From Patescibacteria group bacterium (GTDB lineage: Bacteria; Patescibacteriota; Minisyncoccia; Minisyncoccales; Staskawiczbacteraceae): a stretch of 64,000 bases of DNA. Position numbers and translations under genes: made by a program. A model generated the notes under the pieces. The model saw only the letters and a program-made list of their open reading frames with translations, searched no databases and was not told the DNA's origin. Below, in pieces: positions 45,013 through 53,881 of the stretch. The DNA is taken from assembly GCA_018829965.1 (NCBI GenBank), contig JAHJTG010000016.1:157537-221536 (forward strand), in the 5' to 3' direction. The stretch's first letter is position 1; every line of letters starts with the position of its first letter.

Positions 45013-45767
45013 AGATCGTTTAAAAATACAAAGTCTCTATAGGTATCCATCGCGTACCAAAAGCTTTCGTGTTTATACAAAGTTAATTGTTTTTCAGCAA
45101 TTAACCTACTTAAAGCGTCTTCTATCATATCTCCTGGTTTCAGATAATTGAAAAATTCCTTTTTAAAAACCATAAAACCGCCGTTGATATAATCATAGAG
45201 CAGAGGCTTCTGAGCGAATTCTGTGACAAGCTTGTCTCCATCAGTATTGACCAGCCCCCATCTTGATATTGGATGTACCCCTGTGATAGTTCCTATTTTC
45301 CCTTGCTGTTTATGAAACTCAATCAACTTATTTATATCTATATCAGCAATGCCGTCTCCATAAGTGACCATAAATAAGTCCTCGTTAATATATTTCTTTA
45401 ACTTCAAAACTCTTTCGCCATGAGGAGTCTCCAGCCCAGTATCGGCAAAAGTAATGTTAAAATCGTCGTTGGGATTATCAGGGGTATTATTATCAAAAGT
45501 TACAACCTTACCGTCTTTTGTGTTTAAAGCAAGATCAGTATTACAATATTTCTGTCTAAGGAAATGATCTTTTATATCGGTCCCTTTATAGCCGAGGGCT
45601 AAGATAAAATCACGGTAATTATAATGGTTATATATCTTCATGATGTGCCACAAAATTGGCTCACTCCCAACTTTTACCAAAGGTTTTGGTCTAAACTCTG
45701 TTTCTTCTTTTAAACGAGTACCTATTCCCCCGCAAAGAATAATTGTTTTGATTTTTTGATTATCCAT
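44973..45767 (-). CDS. rfbF: Glucose-1-phosphate cytidylyltransferase
   Basis: 264 aa. ILCGGIGTRLKEETEFRPKPLVKVGSEPILWHIMKIY closely matches the RfbF/DdhA N-terminus. Confidence 0.9.
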   Translation of the reverse strand: MDNQKIKTIILCGGIGTRLKEETEFRPKPLVKVGSEPILWHIMKIYNHYNYRDFILALGYKGTDIKDHFLRQKYCNTDLALNTKDGKVVTFDNNTPDNPNDDFNITFADTGLETPHGERVLKLKKYINEDLFMVTYGDGIADIDINKLIEFHKQQGKIGTITGVHPISRWGLVNTDGDKLVTEFAQKPLLYDYINGGFMVFKKEFFNYLKPGDMIEDALSRLIAEKQLTLYKHESFWYAMDTYRDFVFLNDLWTKDPKWKIWEN

Positions 45768-45790
45768 TTTTAGTATAAGTTTTTAATTGT

Positions 45791-47101
45791 TTATTTTAAA
45801 AGGGAACTACTTTGCTCTTGATATTCAGTTTTCCAACTTAATCGTGGTTGAACGACCCCCATTAAAATCTTCCTGTTATGTTCTTTGTGCATGTTTTTTT
45901 TATCAATAATTTCAAAAGATAAAATCTGGTCTTCATATACATGAGCAAAAGAATCAATAACTCCCGCTAGATTTCCTATGATTATATTAATAAAATAATG
46001 CCCCTCTTTCAGCAAATCGCCTGGTATTCGGCATACACAACGGAACAGACCTTCTGGACAAGGACGGTCATACCAGTGATCAATCTCCGAACAAACTGAA
46101 GGAAGATTGGTCGCCGATAAAACATAAACGCCCTCATTATTAACCAAACGGATACACGGCAATAGCTTTGCTCCTTTCAGAAAATTCCAATAAGTTAATT
46201 CAATATAAAAATCTTCGCTTACCTCTAACTTAGAAGCTGGTCTTTTTTCTTTTGAGAGAACGCGCACGCTTTTAAGCTTTACGTATGGGTCCCCCGGCGC
46301 CTCAATAGGGTTTTCCCAATTGATTTCTGGTCCTATTCCTTTTCTTAAACCGGTATATTTTTCAATGACATCTGGTGTAGGACCTTCCATTATTAATCTG
46401 CCTTTTTCTAAAAGAATTGACCGATTGCAAAGCCTTGCCACGCTGTCCATATTATGAGAGACAAACAATATTGTTCTTCCCTCTTGGCTAACCTTGCTCA
46501 TTTTTTCCAAACATTTCTTTTGAAACTTGAAATCGCCAACTGCTAAAACTTCGTCTACAAATAAAACCTCGGGTTCAAGATGGGCCGCTACTGCAAACGC
46601 TAATTTAACATACATGCCACTTGAATATCTTTTGACGGGAGTATCTAAAAACTCTCCGATTTCCGAAAATTTCACAATTTCGTCAAATTTTGAATCAATT
46701 TCTTTTTTTGTCATTCCTAAAATTGCGCCGCTAAGATAGATATTCTCTCTGCCCTTCAATTCCGGATGAAAGCCAGTCCCTACTTCCAATAAACTATTTA
46801 TACGACCCCGAATTATGGCCCGGCCTTCAGTGGGAGGAGTAATTTTAGACAGCACTTTCAAAAGGGTAGTTTTACCAGCGCCATTTCTACCAATAACTCC
46901 TATTACTTCACCTTTCTTTACTGAAAAACTGACATCTTTTAACGCCCAAAAATCTTTTTTACTTGTCTTTTCCCCCTTCAACCATTGGATTGGTTTTTTT
47001 GCCAATTTAATCATCTCCTCTCTTAATGAATAATATCTTTCCTTCTCTTCCCCTATTTTATAGTTCTTTGATAAATTGTGAACTTCTATAATTTTTTCCA
47101 T
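45791..47101 (-). CDS. wzt: Polysaccharide ABC exporter ATP-binding protein with C-terminal beta-sandwich (Wzt_C-like) domain
   Basis: 436 aa. Walker A GRNGAGKTTLLK, signature YSSGMYVKLAFAVA, Walker B LFVDEVLAVGD. An extra ~180 aa follows the NBD. Confidence 0.9.
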   Translation of the reverse strand: MEKIIEVHNLSKNYKIGEEKERYYSLREEMIKLAKKPIQWLKGEKTSKKDFWALKDVSFSVKKGEVIGVIGRNGAGKTTLLKVLSKITPPTEGRAIIRGRINSLLEVGTGFHPELKGRENIYLSGAILGMTKKEIDSKFDEIVKFSEIGEFLDTPVKRYSSGMYVKLAFAVAAHLEPEVLFVDEVLAVGDFKFQKKCLEKMSKVSQEGRTILFVSHNMDSVARLCNRSILLEKGRLIMEGPTPDVIEKYTGLRKGIGPEINWENPIEAPGDPYVKLKSVRVLSKEKRPASKLEVSEDFYIELTYWNFLKGAKLLPCIRLVNNEGVYVLSATNLPSVCSEIDHWYDRPCPEGLFRCVCRIPGDLLKEGHYFINIIIGNLAGVIDSFAHVYEDQILSFEIIDKKNMHKEHNRKILMGVVQPRLSWKTEYQEQSSSLLK

Positions 47102-47186
47102 AATTATAAACGAGGGAGGAATGAAAAAATTTGTTTTTGCATTCCGACCGAGTGATTGATTATATAAATGGCTTTGTCATTTCTAT
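47102..47186 (-). promoter_or_regulatory. Conserved leader element, copy C (abuts ATG of wzt)
   Basis: Gene-sense sequence: ATAGAAATGACAAAGCCATTTATATAATCAATCACTCGGTCGGAATGCAAAAACAAATTTTTTCATTCCTCCCTCGTTTATAATT, then ATG. Hairpin 1 pairs 47166-47170 with 47178-47182. Hairpin 2 pairs 47118-47123 with 47140-47145, plus an inner A/T stem. TATATAAT lies at 47159-47166. Confidence 0.75.
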
Positions 47187-47198
47187 TTTTATTCGAAA

Positions 47199-48017
47199 TT
47201 AGATTATGTCAGCGAAAAATCTCTCGGATTTCTTAAAATACAATATTCCTAAAAAGAATAATACAATTGATATTAAAGCGGAAAAACCAAAGGCAAACCA
47301 ATTAATTGTTCCAACTCCTAATAATCCTGTTCGTATTGTCTCAATTACTCCACTTATTGGATTGAGATACAACAACCATTGATATTTTCCCAAAATACTT
47401 ACTGGGTAGATAACCGGAGTAAGAAAAAGCAAAAGCTGGATAAAAAATGGCAAGGCATAACGAACATCGCGATATTTAACATTAATAGCTGAAAAAACAA
47501 GACTAAGTCCAGAAATGCCAAAGAAAGTTATAAGAAGAGATGGAATAATAAGTAAAAGTCCGGTTAAGGTCGGAAAAAAATGATAGTAAAACATCAAACC
47601 CACAAAAACTATAAAAGAGAATACAAAATCAAGGAGAAAAACAAAGGTAGAGGCAAGCGGTATAATGATTCTTGGAAAATGAACTTTTTGGATAACATTT
47701 TGTTCTGCAATCAAACTATTACTTGCTGTTAAAAGAGAATTAGCGAAATAATTCCAGAAAAGAAGGCCGGAATAGACAAAAATTGGATAAGGAATCTCTC
47801 CACTTGAAATGCCAGCCAACTTACCGAAAAATATAGAGAAAATTATCATTGTCAAAAACGGCTGTAAAACCGCCCAAGCAATGCCTATTAATGTTTGCTT
47901 GTAGCGAACTTTAACATCTCTCCAAGACAAGAAATAAAAAAGCTCTCTGAAGTGCCAGATTTCTTTCAGGTCTAAATTAAAAAATCCTTTATTGGGTTTT
48001 ATTATTATTTCAACCAT
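47199..48017 (-). CDS. wzm: ABC-2 type polysaccharide exporter permease
   Basis: 272 aa with six hydrophobic helices. N-terminal ELFYFLSWRDVKVRYKQTLIGIAWAVLQP is typical of Wzm/TagG/KpsM permeases. Confidence 0.85.
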   Translation of the reverse strand: MVEIIIKPNKGFFNLDLKEIWHFRELFYFLSWRDVKVRYKQTLIGIAWAVLQPFLTMIIFSIFFGKLAGISSGEIPYPIFVYSGLLFWNYFANSLLTASNSLIAEQNVIQKVHFPRIIIPLASTFVFLLDFVFSFIVFVGLMFYYHFFPTLTGLLLIIPSLLITFFGISGLSLVFSAINVKYRDVRYALPFFIQLLLFLTPVIYPVSILGKYQWLLYLNPISGVIETIRTGLLGVGTINWFAFGFSALISIVLFFLGILYFKKSERFFADII

Positions 48018-48021
48018 TGTT

Positions 48022-48813
48022 TTATATTGAACGAAAATAATTCATATTTTTAATGTCATTTAAAAGTCCGTTTCCCTCTTTCGGCGTCTCAAATGCCAAA
48101 TATATATCTTTTTCTTTTGCTAACCCCGACAGCATCTTTTTAATCCATTTAATATCAAATTCACCATCAAACAGATTTTTATGTTCATCTTCTTCGTTAT
48201 TCATATTCCCATTGCTTATATGAAAATAGAATGGATTTAATTCAGAAATCAGTTTTTTGATAAAATCTTTATAATCAAGTTTCTGACTTACGGCGCTTTT
48301 TATTGTATGGGCTAAATCCAAACAAAAATCAAATCCGCAATCTTTAATAAATTTCAGCTGTTCGCAAGAATACCCGAAACAAAATACATTATTTGTTCCA
48401 ATTTTTCCAGCCTTTGGCATGTTCTCAATTAAAATTCTTTTATCGTTTATCTTCTTGATGTTTTCTTCGAATATTGTTTGAGAATCTCCAACTCCGGCAT
48501 GAACGATTATAAATTTACTATTTAAAAAATCAGCGGTTTTTATAACTTGTTCTTTGAATAATTGTATTTTTGAATCATCTAGCCAAAAAACATCGAAGTC
48601 GTGCTCTGTATGGGTGCTATGAATGACCGTAGGAATATTTTTCAAATAGTTTAAGATATTAGATTTTCCCAATACAAAAGAATCGGGAACAATATATAAT
48701 TCTACAAAATCAATCTCTTTTTTTTCAAATAACTGAACGGCCTCTTTGAATAGTCCTTCGTCATCTATAGACCAAAGCTTTAAACCAAGTTTTATATTGT
48801 TCATTTTATGCAT
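48022..48813 (-). CDS. Xylose-isomerase-like TIM-barrel protein (sugar phosphate isomerase/epimerase family)
   Basis: 263 aa. IDFVELYIVP, FIIVHAGVG, CLDLAHT and ETPKE pattern. An alternative start at 48804 gives an ATGA overlap with the upstream stop. Confidence 0.6.
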   Translation of the reverse strand: MHKMNNIKLGLKLWSIDDEGLFKEAVQLFEKKEIDFVELYIVPDSFVLGKSNILNYLKNIPTVIHSTHTEHDFDVFWLDDSKIQLFKEQVIKTADFLNSKFIIVHAGVGDSQTIFEENIKKINDKRILIENMPKAGKIGTNNVFCFGYSCEQLKFIKDCGFDFCLDLAHTIKSAVSQKLDYKDFIKKLISELNPFYFHISNGNMNNEEDEHKNLFDGEFDIKWIKKMLSGLAKEKDIYLAFETPKEGNGLLNDIKNMNYFRSI

Positions 48814-49538
48814 CTTATTAATTCAAAGGCTTCAACGAAATTTTTACCGACCACTGTGCCCCAGCGCTGGGCAATAATCTTTATGGCTTTTAGTGAACGA
48901 GGATGGGGATATTTTTTAAGTTCGCTTTTATAACAATCCAATGCTTTTATTTTTTGCGAAAGCGTTTTTGATATATCTACAAAATAGTTTGGCACAAAGC
49001 AATCTTTCCTTTTTGGAATTCCCCACTCAGTCGAAGAAAGAACCTCAAAAGAATAAATTTTCTTAACCGTTTCTCCTCTTACTGGTCGACAAGCGGTTAA
49101 AACAGCTTTAAGTGTTATCTGATGGTCAAGATTCAAGTCGCCTGAATGATGGGTAAAAATAGTATCGGGTTTAATTTGCCCCTTAACTTTTTCTATACTT
49201 TTAATTATTTTTATCAAAGGGATAGTTTCATATTGCTGATCTGGGAAATTTTCAAAGAATACTTTTGAAATCCCTAAAATCTTAGCGGCTTTTGAAGCCT
49301 CTTCTTTCAAAGCAACTTGTTCTTTTTCTATTTTGGATTTTTTATCCTTTCCCCTTAAATGCCGTGAAGATTTCCCTTGCCCCAAAAATAAGCAGGAAAT
49401 CTGGCTTCCTTCTTTTTTAAGCTTTGCGATTGTTCCGCCACAGCCAAGTGTTTCATCGTCCGGGTGAGCGGCAATTATTAATATTTTTTTCCCGCCTTTG
49501 GCGGGATTCCGCTGTAGCGGAACTTTCTTAATTACCAT
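48801..49538 (-). CDS. PIG-L/LmbE-family N-acetyl-sugar deacetylase
   Basis: ILIIAAHPDDETLGCGGTIAKL and HHSGDLNLDH. Confidence 0.85.
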   Translation of the reverse strand: MVIKKVPLQRNPAKGGKKILIIAAHPDDETLGCGGTIAKLKKEGSQISCLFLGQGKSSRHLRGKDKKSKIEKEQVALKEEASKAAKILGISKVFFENFPDQQYETIPLIKIIKSIEKVKGQIKPDTIFTHHSGDLNLDHQITLKAVLTACRPVRGETVKKIYSFEVLSSTEWGIPKRKDCFVPNYFVDISKTLSQKIKALDCYKSELKKYPHPRSLKAIKIIAQRWGTVVGKNFVEAFELIRCIK

Positions 49539-50250
49539 AAATTTTTAATAATTCTTTTTTTGTAATATTATTTTCCATTAAAATCTCCAAACTTTTATCA
49601 CCACAGTTAAAAAGTAAATCAATAATACTCATATAAGGAAGGAATTTGCCGTGAAGTTGCGGATAGACGGGATGCTTATATTCCTGAGAATATATCTTAA
49701 TATTTTCTTTAGTAAATTTTTCTTCTTCAGCATAGTCCTTACCCAATGTTCCGAAGATATACAAATCTGCTCCTAATTTTTTGCACATATCCAATACCAA
49801 ATCCGATTTACTCCCCTGAAAATTCAACTCCGAAGCTTTATAGAATTTATTCTTAATACCGAGCGTTGCCAGAAACCATTTAAGCATATATTCGTTCAAA
49901 TCGGTTAGATATTTCCACTCTTTTTTATAGACATCTTCAAAAAAATCTGCGTATTTGTTGAAATAAGGAGCTTTTTTATAATTTAAATAAATTGATTTCC
50001 AGTGTTTTTTTCTCCAATCTACAGAATTATTTATTTCTATTTCTCTTATCTTCTTCTCCCTGTATCCTGTGGTCAAAACCGGCACCGTCATCCATATTTC
50101 CCCGTTTTGCGTCTTAATCTTGTTTCTATTATTCCAATCCTTTATTAAATATTGGACATCGTCAAAATAACAGAAAACATCACTGATAGCAATTTTATGA
50201 AATAATCCAAGCCATGGTAAATATACTGGTTGATGAGCGGTTAAAATCAT
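49528..50250 (-). CDS. WbqC-family protein
   Basis: 240 aa. MILTAHQPVYLPWLGLFHKIAISDVFCYFDDVQY matches the WbqC-like family N-terminus as I recall it. Confidence 0.75.
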   Translation of the reverse strand: MILTAHQPVYLPWLGLFHKIAISDVFCYFDDVQYLIKDWNNRNKIKTQNGEIWMTVPVLTTGYREKKIREIEINNSVDWRKKHWKSIYLNYKKAPYFNKYADFFEDVYKKEWKYLTDLNEYMLKWFLATLGIKNKFYKASELNFQGSKSDLVLDMCKKLGADLYIFGTLGKDYAEEEKFTKENIKIYSQEYKHPVYPQLHGKFLPYMSIIDLLFNCGDKSLEILMENNITKKELLKIYGN

Positions 50251-50251
50251 T

Positions 50252-50944
50252 TTATTTTCTCGTTATTATTACATACTCGTCAAATGCCATGAGCCTTTGC
50301 GGTTTATTATGGACTTCAGTTACCGAATGCCTCATAATATTTTTTATCTTAAACTTGGAATATAATTCATAAATTTCTTTAAGGTTTATAAAATGAACTT
50401 TGCCTGTATTAAAAAAACTGCCTTTTCGAAAATTAGTATATGTATTTGGCTCAATTTCTTCTCCAAGCTTGCGTTCCGGATGGTAAAAACTATAAATAAA
50501 ACTTATAAATAATCCGTTTCTTTTCATTTTTTTGTAAATCTCATCAACAATATTTTTGATGTCGCTAAATTTATTGGCATATAAACTTTCTCTATCAACA
50601 ACTAAGTCAAAAAAATTATTACTATAAGGCAAATTTAAAAAATCTCCTTGGATAAAATTGCCTTTTAAGTTTAACGTTTTAAACTTCTCTCTACACTTTT
50701 CTATCGCCGATTTTGAACCGTCTATCCCCCAAACGTCAAAGCCGTTTTCGGCTAAAAATTTGGTGTTGTTTCCAGCACCGCAACCCAAATCTAAGACCCT
50801 TATTTTATTTCTTTTATTCTTAAGAACGTCAAAAAAATTATGGGCAACTATGCTTACCAGAATATCATAAGGATATTTATTCAAATGTTTTCCCTTTGAA
50901 TAAATATTTTCTTCCCAATTTTTATCAAAACTTTTTTTAATCAT
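50252..50944 (-). CDS. Class I SAM methyltransferase
   Basis: VLDLGCGAGNNTKFLAENGFDVWGIDGS. Confidence 0.8.
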   Translation of the reverse strand: MIKKSFDKNWEENIYSKGKHLNKYPYDILVSIVAHNFFDVLKNKRNKIRVLDLGCGAGNNTKFLAENGFDVWGIDGSKSAIEKCREKFKTLNLKGNFIQGDFLNLPYSNNFFDLVVDRESLYANKFSDIKNIVDEIYKKMKRNGLFISFIYSFYHPERKLGEEIEPNTYTNFRKGSFFNTGKVHFINLKEIYELYSKFKIKNIMRHSVTEVHNKPQRLMAFDEYVIITRK

Positions 50945-51384
50945 TTTTTTATATTCTTATAATAACCGCTTTTAATCTTCATCGGATTGCCAACTACCAA
51001 TGAATAAGGAGGGATTTTTACGCCTTCAACAATTGTTCCTGCGGCAATCACTGAATGATGCCCTATATATGCTCCTTTTTTTACAAAACAATGAGAGCCT
51101 ATAAAAACATTATTCTCAATAGTAATATCTTTCCGCTCTATTTCTGATGCCAATCCAATACATTTTTTATGGGAATCAGCCACATTTATAGCGACGAAAG
51201 AAGCAATATCGCAATTATCCCCTATAGATATTTTTGCCCCTTTCGCATTGATTTCTGAGAAAAAACCAATGAAAACGTTTTTCCCTATTTCTGGCTTGCC
51301 ATTAATAAATGCGAAGGGGTGAAACGGATTTTCTTGATTTTCCATCACTTCAAGCAATAATTTTTTAAATTCTTTTTTTCCCAT
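50941..51384 (-). CDS. Hexapeptide-repeat (left-handed beta-helix) acetyltransferase
   Basis: 147 aa. Repeating [LIV]G-x4 pattern: ISIGDNCDIASFVAI...ITIENNVFIGSHCFVKKGAYIGHHSVIAAGTIV. Confidence 0.75.
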   Translation of the reverse strand: MGKKEFKKLLLEVMENQENPFHPFAFINGKPEIGKNVFIGFFSEINAKGAKISIGDNCDIASFVAINVADSHKKCIGLASEIERKDITIENNVFIGSHCFVKKGAYIGHHSVIAAGTIVEGVKIPPYSLVVGNPMKIKSGYYKNIKK

Positions 51385-51387
51385 AAT

Positions 51388-52449
51388 TTATTTTAATTTT
51401 TTTAAAGTTATCAGTTCGCCTTTTTTTATATCTTTGATTGCTTCCTTTCCTTTAATAATCCCTGCAAATCTAGGAGGAAGCCCTGTCCCTGGTCTTTTAC
51501 ATTCAACGTCTGATAGTTTTATCTTTTCTCCTCTTTTAATATTTTTCGTGGCAACTATACTTCTCCTGACCAGCTTGCGCATTCCTTTTTCCTTTCTGGT
51601 AGGAAAAATTAAAGGGCTACCTAATGATTTTTCAATGAATCTTATTCCCTCCACCAATTCTTTTAATTCTTCGGGATCGGCGGAAAACCAGTGGTCTGGC
51701 CCTGACATATTTTTATTAAGAGTAAAATGTTTTTCCACAACTTTAGCTCCGAGAACTACTGCTCCGACAGAAGCCAATATCCCTTCTGCGTGATCAGAAA
51801 AACCAACAACAATTTTGAATGAATCTTTTATTGTTTTTATTCTTTTCAAATTTACTTCCTCTGCGCTCGCAGGATAAGAAGAAATGCAATGTAAAACAAT
51901 GATATTGTTATTGCCCGATTTCCTAATTGCCGATACTGCGTCTTTAATTTCGGAAGCATAAGCCATACCCGCAGAAATTATCATAGTTTTTTTCTTCTTC
52001 GCATAATATTCAATTAAATCTAAATTTGTAAGGTCATCTGAGCCTATCTTTATAAAAGGCAAACTAACTAAAGATAATATAAAATCTAAATCTGAAATAT
52101 TTTGGGCAGTTGTAGAAAAAACTATTTTTTTCTTTTTGCAGTAATCAATAATTTCTTTCCATTCTTTTTCAGAAAATTCATACCGCTGAAGCATTTTAAT
52201 CTGGGGTTCTGTAATTTTTTTGCCTTGAGATTTGTAAGTGTAAGTAAGATTTTCATCTGCAATAAGTTTTTTTGCTTTAAAGGTTTGAAATTTAATGCAA
52301 TCTGCTTTTGCACTTTTCGCTACATCAACCATTTTTTTGGCAATGTTTACGTTTCCATTATGGTTTATCCCGGCTTCGGCAATGATAAAACAGGGTTTTC
52401 CTTCCCCTACCCATTTGTTACCTATTTTTATTTTATTTACTGTCTTCAT
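51388..52449 (-). CDS. neuB: Nonulosonic acid synthase (NeuB/PseI/LegI family) with SAF domain
   Basis: 353 aa. IIAEAGINHNGNVNIAKKMVDVAKSAKADCIKFQTF, IKIGSDD, LHCISSYPA, GFSDH and EKHFT. The C-terminus is SAF-like. Confidence 0.9.
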   Translation of the reverse strand: MKTVNKIKIGNKWVGEGKPCFIIAEAGINHNGNVNIAKKMVDVAKSAKADCIKFQTFKAKKLIADENLTYTYKSQGKKITEPQIKMLQRYEFSEKEWKEIIDYCKKKKIVFSTTAQNISDLDFILSLVSLPFIKIGSDDLTNLDLIEYYAKKKKTMIISAGMAYASEIKDAVSAIRKSGNNNIIVLHCISSYPASAEEVNLKRIKTIKDSFKIVVGFSDHAEGILASVGAVVLGAKVVEKHFTLNKNMSGPDHWFSADPEELKELVEGIRFIEKSLGSPLIFPTRKEKGMRKLVRRSIVATKNIKRGEKIKLSDVECKRPGTGLPPRFAGIIKGKEAIKDIKKGELITLKKLK

Positions 52450-53216
52450 ATCTGTTTCCGTTTAACTTCTTTATTTATCTCCATTAACTCAGGATGCGTT
52501 TTTAATAGGTTCACCACGTCTTCCATGAAAAAAATCTCGCCTTTTTTATATAGTCTTTTATAAATCTCTCTGACTAATTCCAAATCTTTCATTTCGTCTA
52601 CCGTGCACCGCATATACGAAACATCTTCAGTGTTTTTGATAGCGGCTATCTTAAAAATCTCTGGGTGTTCAAAAATATAAGGATCGACGTGTTCTCTCTG
52701 GTACGGTTCTTTTGCCTGCTGGTAAGCATTTTCAAGGGTTGAAAAATTGAAAACTTCAAGCTCTGTCCCGTGGAGGAATGTTCTTTCAAGCGTTTCCCCT
52801 CTTTTTCCTTCAAGAAAATTAGCAGTGAAATCAGCGCCGTAATTTAAGTGTTTTTCGATAACCAAATCTGCTATTTTAGGGTCGATCAAAGGACAATCTG
52901 AGGTCATTCTTACTATCAAATCACATTTAAATTTTTGCGCTGCTTTAAAATATCTTGAAAGGACATCTTCTTCGCTACCTCTAAAATATTTTATTTTATT
53001 TTCCTCAGCAAATTTTTCTAATGCATCATTTTCTTTCGTATCGGGAATGGCAAGAATGACTTCATTAATTCTCTTTGAAAATTTTAATCGGTTAATTAAA
53101 TGCCAAAGCATTGGTTTGCCCATTATATCCATTAACACCTTGCCAGGTAACCGCGTAGACCCCATCCTTGCCTGGATGATTGCTCCGATTATTAACTTAG
53201 GATTTTCTTTTTCCAT
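52446..53216 (-). CDS. Cytidylyltransferase-family protein (SpsF/CTP_transf_3 type; candidate CMP-nonulosonate synthetase)
   Basis: 256 aa. GAIIQARMGSTRLPGKVL. Translationally coupled to the neuB-like gene. Confidence 0.75.
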   Translation of the reverse strand: MEKENPKLIIGAIIQARMGSTRLPGKVLMDIMGKPMLWHLINRLKFSKRINEVILAIPDTKENDALEKFAEENKIKYFRGSEEDVLSRYFKAAQKFKCDLIVRMTSDCPLIDPKIADLVIEKHLNYGADFTANFLEGKRGETLERTFLHGTELEVFNFSTLENAYQQAKEPYQREHVDPYIFEHPEIFKIAAIKNTEDVSYMRCTVDEMKDLELVREIYKRLYKKGEIFFMEDVVNLLKTHPELMEINKEVKRKQI

Positions 53217-53868
53217 TCTTTTTTAAAAGATACATTACGTCTGTATTGTTTTCAGCCAAATATTTAACCTTTTTTTCTTTAACTAATTTCAAATCTTTAA
53301 AAGAATCCAAATATAATTTTGGGTAATTTGCCTTCCATGCGAATTTTCTTTTCCGGCGAGACCAATTTAATATTTCTGTGAATTTTTCATCGAAATATTC
53401 AAAACCAAAAATATATTTTTTAGAACATCGATGAATTTCTTTCAGCGCTTTTTTAATATCTTTCGGTGAAATATGAATAAGAACACCGGAGGTAAATACT
53501 AAATCAAAATAATTATCTTTAAATGGAATATCTAGTGCCGAGCCTTGAACAACGCTGACGTTTTTTGCAATTGATTTGCCACGCTCTATAACTTTTGGAT
53601 TTATTTCTACCCCATAAAGATTTTTAAAGCCCATTTTTTGAAGATATAGAAATTGGACGCCTACATTACATCCCACTTCCAGAATCTTAATGGAACGATC
53701 AAGTTTACCGAGGAATTCTTTATTTAATTTTGTCCGGCTGATGCCATAATACTTAACGTATAATTTATCTGTTCCTTCTGTGCTTAGAGGATTTTTAACA
53801 ATATCGGCGGTATATTCATTACCGAGATCGCCGCCCCATTGTTGCTCTTGAAGAGTTAATTTAACCAT
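53197..53868 (-). CDS. Class I SAM methyltransferase of the pseudaminic-acid-biosynthesis-associated methylase type
   Basis: 223 aa. N-terminal QEQQWGGDLGNEYTADI and ILEVGCNVGVQFLYL. The family resemblance is from memory. Confidence 0.65.
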   Translation of the reverse strand: MVKLTLQEQQWGGDLGNEYTADIVKNPLSTEGTDKLYVKYYGISRTKLNKEFLGKLDRSIKILEVGCNVGVQFLYLQKMGFKNLYGVEINPKVIERGKSIAKNVSVVQGSALDIPFKDNYFDLVFTSGVLIHISPKDIKKALKEIHRCSKKYIFGFEYFDEKFTEILNWSRRKRKFAWKANYPKLYLDSFKDLKLVKEKKVKYLAENNTDVMYLLKKNGKRKS

Positions 53869-53881
53869 GGTGAAAATTATT

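Noticed and set aside
48801-48804. Alternative genetic code with UGA recoded, as in some candidate phyla
   Set aside because: All family-recognisable genes are full length under the standard code. TGA is used as a stop in a classic ATGA stop/start overlap at 48801-48804. No ORF looks split at TGA.
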